From Saprolegnia diclina VS20 (lineage: Eukaryota): a stretch of DNA of 50,872 nt. The stretch's first letter is position 1. Each line of letters starts with the position of its first letter. A program made the position numbers and the translations under genes. Location of the stretch: positions 781,264 to 832,135 of the forward strand of contig NW_008246077.1 in NCBI RefSeq assembly GCF_000281045.1, given 5' to 3'. Below the pieces are notes generated by a model, which made no database searches, was not told the DNA's origin, and was given only the letters and a program-made list of their open reading frames with translations. This document shows, in pieces, positions 34,160-46,100 of the stretch.

Positions 34160-37100
34160 CTATGTCTTGCCGAGCTTGGACTTGATTTCGCTTCGGAGCT
34201 TCTCGCAGCGCTGAGCGACTTCGTCTCGGTCCTTCTTGACGCGCTCGAGGTCCATGGCGGCTTCATTGTACTGTAGCTGGAGACTCTGAATCTCGTCGGG
34301 CGATTGGCCCTCGGCCTGCGCTTCATGGAGCGCGTCGTCGAGGAGCTCCAACGAGTCGCTATTTTCTAGAACACAGTCGTAAGCATCCGCCATCTACCTC
34401 ACTTAAGAGACCGGTAAAGCGCTTGAGGGTCTCCATGTACGCCTTCTCTGCAATGTCCAGACACTCCTACAAGCCCAGTCATGAGCAGCCGTGCCCAAGG
34501 CGTCAAGCACCTGGAGCGACTGCACTTGCTGTTCCGAGTTGGCCATGAAGAACACGCGGCTCGAGCCCATTTTCTTGAGGCGTGGCGACGGTCCTCGCTT
34601 GGGCAACGCCTCGGACGACATGCTGTCGGCGCTGTCGTCGTCGATGCGCGCCAGGAACGACTGCATCTCACTCAGCCGCTGCGTAATGCGCTCCGACTGG
34701 AAGTGCAGCGGCTTCAGCTCCAACGGTGGGATCGCAGCAGGCGTTGCCACAACAGCAGGGAGGACGTGGTCGCTTTTGGCGAAAAACTCCTACGTTCCTG
34801 TCAGGCTACATCCTATGGGCGATACGCACCTGGTAGCAGCGTCCGAGGAGCCGATAGAAGCCCGTCACAAACGCCGGCGCCGTATCGTCGTCAAACGAAC
34901 TCGACTGCGCCTGCTCCAACAAGGAATTTACTTAATACCGATGGTTGGCGACTGTACCTGCAGGTGGGCGAGCGTGTGCACGAGCAGAATCGCGAGCTCG
35001 GCCGCGCTCTCGAGGTGCGACTGCCGCAGATACAGAGTGCTCGATTGAGGATCCCAGTAAATCGAGTGTTGAAACACGCCTTTCGACGGGTTGAGTGGCA
35101 GTGACGTGGCAGCGACAACGCGAATGTTTGCTTCCAGCGCAGTAGCAAGCGACCGGCCAAAGTCCAAGCGGAGCTTTTGGCGGGGCGGCAGGCCAGCATC
35201 CTCCAGCGCCTGCAACGGCCCCGCCGGCGTGCGCACGTCTTGCTCGATACCCGGGTACGCTTGCAGCACGGCGGCTTTCGTGTCGGACGGTTTGATACTG
35301 TCGACGACCGGTGGCTTGGTCGTGCCAATGAGCTGGATCAAACGCTCGATGCTATCGAGCTTTTGGGCGATCACCGCAACAGGGTCCGGCCCCGCGTTCT
35401 CTGCTTTGACCGGAGCGCGTGGCGTCAGCTCGTCCTCCCGCACGGGGGCTGGTGGCTCTTGGAGAACGATGGATGCCGCTAATTGCCGACGCTCTTGCGT
35501 CTCCCGAGGTGTCGCTGGCCCCGTAAAGCTTCCCAGTCGACTCATCGTGCGCGCTTTCCCGATCGCATTTTGAAGCCGGTCGCGGCCAAAGCCCACCAGC
35601 GGCACGTTGTTGGCGCTCAAAGCGGTGGCTTCGGTTGCTGCGGGCGGCGGTGGCTGATGCTTGGCGCGTGCGATCTCGTCGGTGAGCGCGAGCATTGTCT
35701 GCGCATGCACCACGTCGATGCGCCGCTTGGTGTCGTCGTCGAGGCGCTTGAGCTTGCGCTTGCAGACGCGCTCGCATCGCTCCTTCTTCTTTTGCGCGCG
35801 CGCTTTGAGCATATTCGCCAACGACGCAAACTGCTTTTGCCACTCGGACTCGAGTGTCTTGAGCATCACCGCTTGGCGGGGGCCGTTGGACTTGGCGAGA
35901 ACGCTTTGTTTCTGGATGTCGGCGGCTGTCCGCTCCATTTCGAGCTGCGCCGCTGCTTGTGCGTCGATCGTTGCCCACTCGGTGGCCAGCGTCTCGCGCA
36001 GCTGCTGCATGGCGGCACGGCTTTCTCGTACAATGTCGTCGATGCGCTTCTGCTTTTCAAGCTCGAGATGCGCGCGCAACGCAGCGTGTTCATCGTGAAG
36101 CATCAGCGAGCTCCCAATGGTGGTCGTTGTCGCTGCAGCAACTGGTGCAGTCACCAGAGGCGCCACGGGGTCGGGGAGGCACGACGGTGCAAAGCGCTCG
36201 ACGAGCCCGTTGACGTCGGCCACTTGACGCGTCCGGAGCGCTTCTTGCTCGCTCAACTGGGCGGCCTCCATGTCGCTCGTGCCATGGGCCTCCATCTCTT
36301 GCTGTCGCACACGGAACGTTGCATCGAGCTCGTCGAGCTGCGCGTCCTTGGTCGCTGCATCGACGGCGCTTAGCGTTGCGAGCAGCGCTTCTTTCGCCGC
36401 GTTCTTCTCGAGCATGAGGGCGTGGAGTCCGTCGCGAAGAACCGCCGCGCGGTTGCGGTACTGCCGCGCAAAGAGGAGCGACTGCTCACGTTTGTGCCGC
36501 TTCTCGACCACGCGCTGGACGAGCGGGCGCAACTGCGAGAGCACGATTTGGTTTTGCGCCAAGAGCTTTTGGATCATGGCCACTTCGCGGTCAACTTCGA
36601 GCTTCATGGCGAGGGTTTCTTGCTGGTCTTTCTGCGCATCGCGCTCCATTTGCTGCTTGGCGAGAAGGTCCTCGGTCTTCTTGCGCTTCTTCTCTTCGAG
36701 GCGGCGCATGAGATCCTTCTTCTTCTGGCTCGACTCGAGCTTGAGACTGTCGGTGAGCGCGCGCTCTTTCTCGTGATATTCGTTTTGGACGCGGTCAAGC
36801 TCGGCTTTCACTTGGACCTGCGCCTGAGACTCGGTGAGCTGCGACTGCAACAAGGTCCGCGTCGCGTCGAGTTCTCGCTGCATCTTGGCTTGCAGCTGGC
36901 TCTGAGCGAGTTCGAGTTCCCGCTGAGCGTCATCTTCGAGTCGCTTCTTCTCAGAGGCTTGCTTGGCAAGAAGCTCGGCTCGCGCAGCCGCCAACGACGG
37001 GTCCTCGTCGGGCACGGCGTTGCCGAGCGCAGTTGCTTGGGCCAAGGCGGCGGCACCCTCGAGACGACTTTGCACTTGCTGCGCTTCGGCGGCCTGGGCC

Positions 37101-40100
37101 GCGAGGAGCCGCTGGGTCTCCTCTTCCTTCTTGGCTTGGAGCTCGAGTGCCTTTCGCTGTTTCTTGGCCGCCATACGCATCTCTAGCTTGCTCTTCTGCG
37201 TCGTCGCCTCCACGTGGTGGGCTTGCGCGAGCTGCGCCATTTGCGCTTGGAAATCGGCCGAGACACGGTCCAACTCGGCGGCCCGGAACGCGTCCATGGC
37301 GGCCGTTGCCGCCGCCGCTTCGATCGCGGCTTGCGCAAGCTTGTCTGTTGCTGCTTTCTCTGCATTGGCCTGGCGCTCTCGCTCTTCTTGTAGTGCGGCC
37401 TCGGCTTGGGCCGCGAGGTCCGAGGCCAACTTGGCCTTCTCGAGACGCTCTTCTTCATCGAGCGCCGCGCGGACCTTGGCGACGTTGTCGGCTTCGGCGA
37501 CGTGACTCAGCTCCTTCTCTTTGGCAAGGCGGCGTTGCGCAATGCGGTCCTTGAGTTTTTGCTCTTGTCGTGCCTGCTCCGAGTCGAGGGTCGTTTGGAG
37601 CTGCTGCATCTCGGTCTCGTGCTCGCTCTTGAGCCGGGCATACTCGGACTCAGCGAGCTGCTTCTCTTCGGCGGCCCGGTGCGCCTGCAGCTCGGCGGTG
37701 GCTGCCGCTTGACGCTGCAAGGCTGCTATCTCGTCGTCGACCTTGCGCTTGGCTGCCGCGAGAGCTGCGGCTTCGTCGGCGGCGAGCTTGACACGGAGTG
37801 CCTCGACTTGAGCGGCTTCGTCCTCGTCAATGGCCTTGTCTTGCGTCTTGTCCAGGTGCTTGGCCTGGCGCCGGGCGGCAATGCGCTCCTTTAGCGCCAG
37901 CTCTTGCTTGGCGCGGTCTGCGCTCAACGACTCTTGGAGAACGCCCATTTCGCGCGCGTGGTCGCGCTTGACTTGATCGATCATGTCTTCGACCTGCTTC
38001 TGGGATGCAGCCTTTGCACTGGCGGCGGCGGCCGCAGCGGCCCGCGCCTGCACCTCGGCGTCGACCCGCTTGGCCGCCATCTCGGCCTCGATCTTGGCCA
38101 TCTCTGCGTCCAGCAGCGCTTGGTCGAGCTGCACTTGATTGCTTGCGACGGACGCTTGGTCGCGCGCCTGTCGCTTCTTCTCCATGCGCTCGCGCAGCCG
38201 CGCCTTCTTGAGCGCCTCTTCTTCGTCCAAAAGACGTTGAAGCTCCAGCGCGTGCTTGGCATGCTCAGCATTGATCTACGCAGCGTCCACGCTTCAATAT
38301 ACCAACATCGAAACGGTAAGGATGGTACAGCTTGGATGTCGGCTTCGTGGTCTTCGAGCGTTGGGTTTGGAAAGGGCGGCGGCGACCACGCGGCGGCGCG
38401 CTTGGCGTCGACGGTCGACTCGATCGCAACCACCTCGCGGTCTTCCTCGTCGTCGAGTTGTCGCAAGAGCACGTCTTGATTGGCACTGCCCAAGGCGAGC
38501 ACCTTCTCTCGCTTCTTGGCGAGCCGCTGCTGCAGCCGGTCCTTCAAGCGGGCTTCTTCGTCCCGCAACGCTTGATCGCGTACTTTGCTCGTCTCGTCGT
38601 GCTCGATGCAAAGCTACCATCATGGATTAGAGAGCAAAACACATCGAATGCACACCTGGCGAATGCGCGCTTCGTCTTCCTCGGTTGCAATCTTGGCTCT
38701 CGCTTTCTCCAGCAGCGTCGCTCGCTCCGCGTCCGCCTTTTTGTGGGCCAAATCGGCCTCGAGCTGCGCTTGGAGCTCTGCCGCCTCGGCGTCTGAGATG
38801 GCGTCGTGCCGCTTGCGCATCGCGAGGCGGTCCTGGAGCCGTCCACGGAGCCGCGAGGCTTCGTCTTCGAGCTGTTGATCGCGCTCCGCCTTGCGCTTGG
38901 CATGTTCCGCATGCAGCTACGCGCGTACTAGTATGAGTGCACAAGGCGTCGTGAAACCGGCTCACCGCATCAATCTCCGAGTCGTAGTTGGGTGGCGGTA
39001 GCACGGCCTTGACAATCGCGGCAGTCGTCGTGGCCACGGCGCGCTTGGCATCGACCACCGCTTCAATTTGCTCGACTTCCTTGCGCTCTTGCGCGTCGAG
39101 TTGCATCGTAATCGCATCCTTCTCCTCTTGTGGCTTGGCGCTCGCAGCGGTGAGCGCGCGCTTGGCCGCCAGACGCGCGCGAAGCATGTCCTTTCGCCGC
39201 TTCTCTTCGTCGTCGAGTTCGCTCTGGCGCATTTTGGCGCGAGCGGCGTGCTCTTCTTGAATCTACCCCCTCTGACATGAGCCATAGACATATTGAGCAA
39301 GGGACCTTGTGGATGAGCGCTTCGTCGTCAGATGTGAGCGCGCCGAGACGCGCCTTCTCGGCGAGCTTTTGCGCTGCGAGCTGGTCGACGCTGGCGTGAA
39401 GCTGCTTCTCCAACGCGTCTCGAAGCAGTGCCTCGTCGGCCGCCAAGTCTTTTTCGATTTGCTGCTTTTCAAGGAGCGATGCCGAGCTCTTTTCATTTTG
39501 CTGCCGCCGGTGCGAAAGGCGTTCATTGAGCCGCCCACGAAGACGCTTGGCCTCATCTGCGAGCTCGTCCTGGCGCGCACGCCAGCGCGCGTCGTGGTCC
39601 GCGACCAGCTATCGATGCCAATAGAGCATGACCTTATGTATCAAGATATCAAGGTAGCGAACACCTTGGCGATGGTCTCGTCGTCGAGGTTGCCCGTCGA
39701 CAAGGTATCCAGCTGTTGTTGTTGCTCGAGCAGCGCGGCATCAATTGCATGCTCTTTGAGATCCATGCTGTGCTCAATGTCGAGCGTCACCGTCTTTTCT
39801 TCCTGCACAATATCGTGGAGGGCTTGTGCTTTGGCTTGCACGGACGGCCACGTTTTCGCCGCGAGCGCATCGCGCTTGGCCTGTAGCCGATCGTGTAAGC
39901 TGGCTTTGAGCCGCTTCTCTTCGTCCGAGAGTGCGCTCTTGAGATCCTTTCTCTTGGCGGCATGTTCCCGACGCAACTAGAAGACGTCAAATGAGTCAGA
40001 TGCAAGCGATCGAGAGGTTATGGTGTACGCGCTCGATCGTGGCTTCGTCGTCGGACGAGAGATCGTTCGCTGCCTGCTTCTCGGTCAAGCGCCGGAGCTC

Positions 40101-43100
40101 GAGCAAATCGCGCTGCAGCTCCATTTGCCGGTCAATCTCGGCTTCGAGGACGGCTGCTTCGTCCGCGGTCTTGGGTCGTACCGCTGCCGAGTCGGATGCT
40201 ACATTGCGCGCACGTTTCTTGGCCAGCCGCTCCTGGAGACGCGCTCGCAGTTGGTCTTCTTCGCTCTGAAGGCGACGCATACGATCCTTCCACGCTTGAT
40301 CGTGGTCGTCCAACAGCTACATAGAGGTTAACTTGATAACAGGAAAAAAGCCAAGTTACCTGGTTGGCGAGCTTGCTGTAGTCAAAAAGACTCTTGGGCT
40401 CGCGAGTGGCCTCAACGATGACCCAAAGCTGGCGCTGCTGCGCCATGTCGTGGGCCATCACCATGCTTCGTTCAGCATGAATCGCGCTCTTGACGGCGTC
40501 AGCCATCTCGTCGCCCGGTGGGACTTCAGCCTCAAGGGCGTCGAGCGTGGCCAGTTGCGCGCGTGTGGACGCCGCCAGCGACGCCTTGACCTACATATGA
40601 TGAGTCTACTGTCTCAAAGAACAGGTGCGTACAGAGGCCAACGTGGCTGCGTCGACTGGTGGCTGCTGACCGAGCTGTGCTTTTTCAAGCATGGCGCCCA
40701 AAGCGATCGCGTGGTCCTGTGCGCCACAGGCGTTCTCGACCGCCGCCGTCGCTAGAGCGTTCAGTGTAGGGTGCACTCGCTTCTTCAAACGAGCGGCCAA
40801 GCTCGCCTTGGCCATCGCATGATCGTCGCGCAGTTGCCGTTGCCGGTCGGCCCACTTGGCTTCGTGCTCGTGGAGCAGCTATCGAAATGGGTGGGTGGCG
40901 AGTAGCTAGGGCGTGGTACCTTCTCGACGAGCTCGTGGTCGTCGGGCGACAGCTGACCGAGCTTGGCCTTTGCCAATAGCAAGTCTCTGTCGAGCGCCTC
41001 TTTCTGAGTGGCAAGCGAAAGATCAATCGCACGGGTATCTTGCTCGGCCGCGACCAGAGCCACCGCTTCTGCGGCCTCGCGCTCAGCCGTCGGCAGAGCC
41101 TCGTTTCGCTTGCGCTGTCGCTGAAGTCGCGCGGCGAGGTGGTCTCGACGGAGTTGCGCCTCGTCGTCGAGCTCTTGCTGCTTCCGCGCCCACTCGCGCA
41201 TGTGCGCCGCTTGCAACTAGTCGACTTTGGAGCCATACTCACAGACAAGTGAGGATCTACCGCCGCAATCGCGTCCTCATGGTCGTCCGGCGCACTCGCA
41301 TTGCTTGCGGTCAGGACACCGATTTGATGTTTTTCTTGCACAGCTTGATGGAGAATGGCCGCGCGCTCGGCTTCCATTTGCGCTTGCAAGCATTCGCGGG
41401 CGGCACCGTCTTGAAGCATAACCGACAAGTTGTCTTCGAGAAGGTCGATGTCGCGGAGGCGGTCGTGCCACTTGGCATCGTGAGTCTCGACAAGCTACGC
41501 AATCCCGAGCGTCAATGATGGCTATAGGTGCAAGCGATACAACGTACAACGTCGACAGCGTCCTTTTCGCCTGGCGTGAGCACGCCGAGCTGCGCCTTCT
41601 CGAGAAGCGACGCGACGGCAACAGCTTCTTCGTTCCGGGCGACGGCATCTTCAAACTGCTTGTGCACTGCTGTTGCCAGCGGTTTGCTCTGGCGTTTGGA
41701 CAGACGATCGGCCAGCTTGGCGCGAGCCACCGCTTTGTCGTCGTCGAGTTGCCGCTGGCGGGCCGCCCACTTTGTTTCGTGCTCGCAAAGCAGCTATACA
41801 AGGGACGTTGTCGCTTGCATTTTCCCCGAGCAAATACCTCGTCGACGAGGTCTCTCTCGGCCGGTGACAAGAGACCGAGGGCTGCCTTCTCCGCCAGGTT
41901 CGCGGCGACAAAGGCGTCCTGTTGAATGGCCGCCTCGAGGTCCATGGTATGCGCTTCTAGCGTCGCTTGCGCCTCGAGGAGCGCGTTTTCTGCTTCTGCT
42001 TCAGGAGGTGGAAGAGTCTCGTTGGCCTTGCGCTGCCGTTGCAGTCGGTCGGCGAGTTTAGCTCTACGCAGCTGCGTCTCGGCCTCGGCAAGGTCCCGTT
42101 CTCGCTGACGATGCCGTAGAAAGGCCTCTTGAAGCTAGACAGCAAGCATACCCGTGAGGTAAACATACTGCTGTGCGATGGTCGTACACTGGCAATGGCT
42201 GCTTCATTGTCATCAGCGCCGCGGTCGCTGGTCGGAGGTGCCAACGACGCCAACTGCGCCGCTTCGACTTGTTCAAGGTGGTCCACAAGCTCTCGCTCTT
42301 TTGCGACAATAGCCACGAGCTCTTCGATGCGCTCTGGCGTCGTCGCTGGGTCCTGCGCCAACGCGCTCTTGCCGTCGGCCTCGGCGGCCGTAAGCTCGTC
42401 GCGCCGTTTCTTCCACTTGGCGTCATGCTCGGTGGTCAACTAGACACTCCACCGTGACGATGCTGCAGTGGGACATCGAGTTTACCTCCTTCAAAGCCTG
42501 GGTGTCTGTCGCGGAAAGGTCGAGTCCGAGCTGCACCTTTTCGACGAGCGCGGCTGTCGCGAGGGCCTCGGCCACAACATTCGTATGCAAGTCGAGACCC
42601 GCCATTTCCACAGCGTTGAGCGCCTTGTTCTGGCGCTTCTTGAGCCGATCGGCCAAAGCCGCTTTGGCAAGCGCTTGGTCGTCGGCGAGAAGGCGGTTGC
42701 GGTCGGCCCACTTCTTTTCATGGCTCGTTAACAGCTACACGCGTGCAATGAGCCCCATGATGCATCGGTGGAGTCCTACGCTTTCAATATCGGCGCTATT
42801 GGCTGGTGACAACGCGTGGTCCTTGGCCGCTTGGACTAGAAGCGCCGTCGCGACCGCTTCTTTTTGCAGCGTTGATTCCAATTCGACTTGACGCGTCTCG
42901 ACGGCAGCTTCGATCTCCAACGCGTGGTTGGCCGCGGCCTTCTCGTCGGTCGGAAGTGCCTCGTTGGCGAGGCGCTGGCGACGAATTCGGTCCGCGAGCT
43001 TGGCGCGTCGCGCTGCTGCCTCGTCGTCCAGTTCCTTTTGGCGACGGGTGCATGCCGCTGCGTACTCGCTCTGGACCTGCAGCAGCCATGAGACGATCCA

Positions 43101-46100
43101 GACACGTGGGCTACACGCACCCGGCGAAGAGCGTCGTCGTTACCGACTGCCATGTCGTCGTCCCCACTCAACGCCGCATCAAGTGCGCGCACTTGATGCG
43201 CCTCCTGGCCCGCCGCGAGTTGCAATATCTCTCGCTGCAGCGCCATCGAGTGCTCCAGCTCCTCGAGCGCCTCGGGCGTCGCTTCGTTGGTCGCTTCCAA
43301 CTCGTGGCGCACGGTGGCTTCGGCCATGTCGAGTTCGCGCCGACGTTGCTGCCACTTGGTGTCCACGCCAGCCACCAGCTATGAAGGTTGTCGCAACATC
43401 GTACACAAGCATTTGGTTACCGCTGTGACCGTCGCTCGCTCTCTCGGGGATAAGGACCCAACCTGGGCCTTCTCGAGAAGCGCAGCAAGCGTGAGGCTCT
43501 CTTCGGCGGCTCTAAACTCGTCGTCGAGCGCCTTGATGGCCAGCGCGTTCAGAGGTTTCTTATCCACTCGAGCTTGAAGGCGCCGCGCTAAATTAGTCTT
43601 GGCGGCCGCGTGGTCGTCTTGAAGCGCGCGCTGGCGGCTGCCCCACTTGGTCGCATGCTCGTCCAGCAACTAGAAATCAAAGCGTCGACATCAAGAACTT
43701 AAACGAGGAGGGAAAACCCGCTGGATGTAGGCCTTGTCGTCCGCCGACAACATATCGAGTGTCGCCTTGTCGGTCAAGAGCACAGCGTGCAACGCCTCGA
43801 CGGCCACGTCCGTCTCCCGAGCCACTTGGCGCTCGGCAATCGCGCTCTCAGAAGCCAAGAAAGCGAGCGCTGCGTCTTGGGCCTCAGCAGGCATCGCATC
43901 AATGAGTTGCTTTCGACGTGTGAGTCGCGCTGCCAGCTGCGCTCGCTTGAGCGCTGTCTCGGTGGCCAGCAGCTGCTTTTGTTTGGCCCAGTCCTCGGCA
44001 AACGATGCCTGCAGCTACGCATGCTGTATGAGCAAGCACAGTCGCACAGGTACGATTCCTACGGCGGCCACGTTGGCGTCAGTGGCTTGACTCGCATCTG
44101 TGGCCTTTAGAAGAGCACCAATGGTCTCCAAAGCATCCCGCTCCACAGCAAGACCGTGTAAGAGCGCCTTGTCGGTCACGTCATCCAAGGACGCCGCGAA
44201 CGCGTCGCGCGGCTGGGCCCGCTTGGCCTGAAGACGCGCCATGAGCTTGCGCTTGTTTCGCGCTTTGTCCGACTCTTGCAGCGCCTGTCGCTCCTTCCAC
44301 TTGGCGTCAAAGTTCTTGTAGATCTAGGTAAAACCGCATCAGCATTCGAGGAACCTTGCTGACCACGAGAATGACGCACCGCGTCCAGCGTCGTCAGGTC
44401 CACCTCGGCGAGCGAGCCCAACTGTGCTTTTTCTAGCAGCTGGGCGCTTGTTAAGACGTCGCGTTCAATCTGGAGCGCTTGGGACAGCTCTTGTTGGAGT
44501 TGCTCAAGCTCGGGCGGCAATGGTTGACCGCTCGCGGTGACAGCGCTCAGCTGAGCACGCCAAGTTGCTTCGTCCTGCGTTGCGGCTTCCAATCGCGCCG
44601 CCCAAGTCGCTGCATTGTCGTGCAGCACCTGAGAAGGCGTCATTATCTACGAGACGCAAGAGACGAAGACTCTACCTTGTTCAGAACACGAACGTCCGCA
44701 GATGTCATGGACGCACGCATCGACGTCTCGAGCAACGCTTCGTTGCGCACTTTGTCGCGCTGCGTCTCGAATGCCCTGTCCAAAAGCCGCGCTTGCAGCG
44801 TTTCGGCGGCGTGTACAAGCGCCTCTTGGTTGGGGTCCCGGATGCGCTCTCGCTTCTCGCGGAGACGGTCTTTGAGCCGCTGTTTGGCCCGCGCGTGCTC
44901 GTCGTCGAGGTTGGCTTGCTTCTCGCGCCACTTTGCATCAAACTATGAGCAGCATATATAAGCCCATCGTGCGCAAAGCTCTTGTCGAAGCGTACGCTAT
45001 CGAGCATGCGATCGACAGGGTCCTCGCGCTTGTCGTGGCGCGACGTGGTCCGTGATGGCGGCAACTGCATGTCGCCTTCGTTGTTCATCTCCGCAAAATC
45101 AGGCTCGCCAAAGTCCATTTCGGGCTCGCCAAAGTCAAATTCGGCTTCGATCTTGGCTTGCTCTTCTTCAAAGGCGCGCTCCAGCGCCTGCATCTCGGCC
45201 TCTTGTTTCTCGAGCATCTCTTCCTCGAGGGCTTCGTCTTGCAAAAGTGCTTCAAGCTCCGTGTCCTTCTTGAGCTTCCGGATCGCAAGGCGGTTGCGCA
45301 GCTGCTCTTGGTGCTTCTCGCGCTCGAGCGCCAGCGTCGCCTGCAGATGCGCCATGTCCTCGTTGAACGCGTCCAAAATGCTTTCTCGCTCGGCCTCGCC
45401 AAGGTCGGGCTTGGCGTCCAACGACGTCATAAAGTCCTCCTTGAGCTTCTCGAGTCGTTCGTTGTCCCGATCGACCTCGCGTCGCAACTCGACGGCCAAA
45501 AGCGCTGTGTCAGCGTCGTCCATCGCAGCCTCGGCGGGGTGCGCCGCGACTTCGTCCGCTTCCGCGCGCTCGGCAACGTCGTCGATGAGCTTGTCGAGAT
45601 TGAGCGTTGGCGCCGCGAATTGCAGCTGCCCAGGGTTGGCAAGAAGCGCTCGGAGCTGCGTCACGAGCTCCTTGACGTCCGACGTTGGCTCGGCGGCATC
45701 TTCAACGACAATCGGTTGCGTCGTTATCAAATGATCGCGTAGCTGCGCCAGCTCAGCGTCCAAATGGGTCGTTGCAGGTACGAGACGGGCCCGCGCGCTC
45801 GTTAGCGCTTGCTGGTCGGCTTGGACGCGCTGCGAGAGCTTGGTGGTGCCGCTTTGGAGCTCCTTCAGAAGCGTCCCCAGCACCTTTTCGTATTTGACGC
45901 GTACGGGCTTGAGAAGCGCGGGGTTTTGCTGCTCGACGGCGTGCTGCCACTCGTTCCGGAACGTATCGGCGAAATCCTGGAGCTTCTTGGTGTACGTGGG
46001 CACGACGCTCGCAAACTTGACGAGGTAGTCGCAGGCCTCGCTCGTCGCACCATCGCTTTCGCCATAGGCAGCTTCGCACTTGGCCTTGGCATCGAGAAGC

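Noticed and set aside
34160..34750. Separate small coiled-coil gene(s)
   Set aside because: They splice in frame to the giant gene (LAHLQ|AQSSSF...CYQ|EFFAKS...), so they are treated as terminal exons.
38329..44944. CRISPR-like or satellite DNA array
   Set aside because: Periodicity is at the protein and exon level, with no identical DNA repeats or spacers; the context is eukaryotic.
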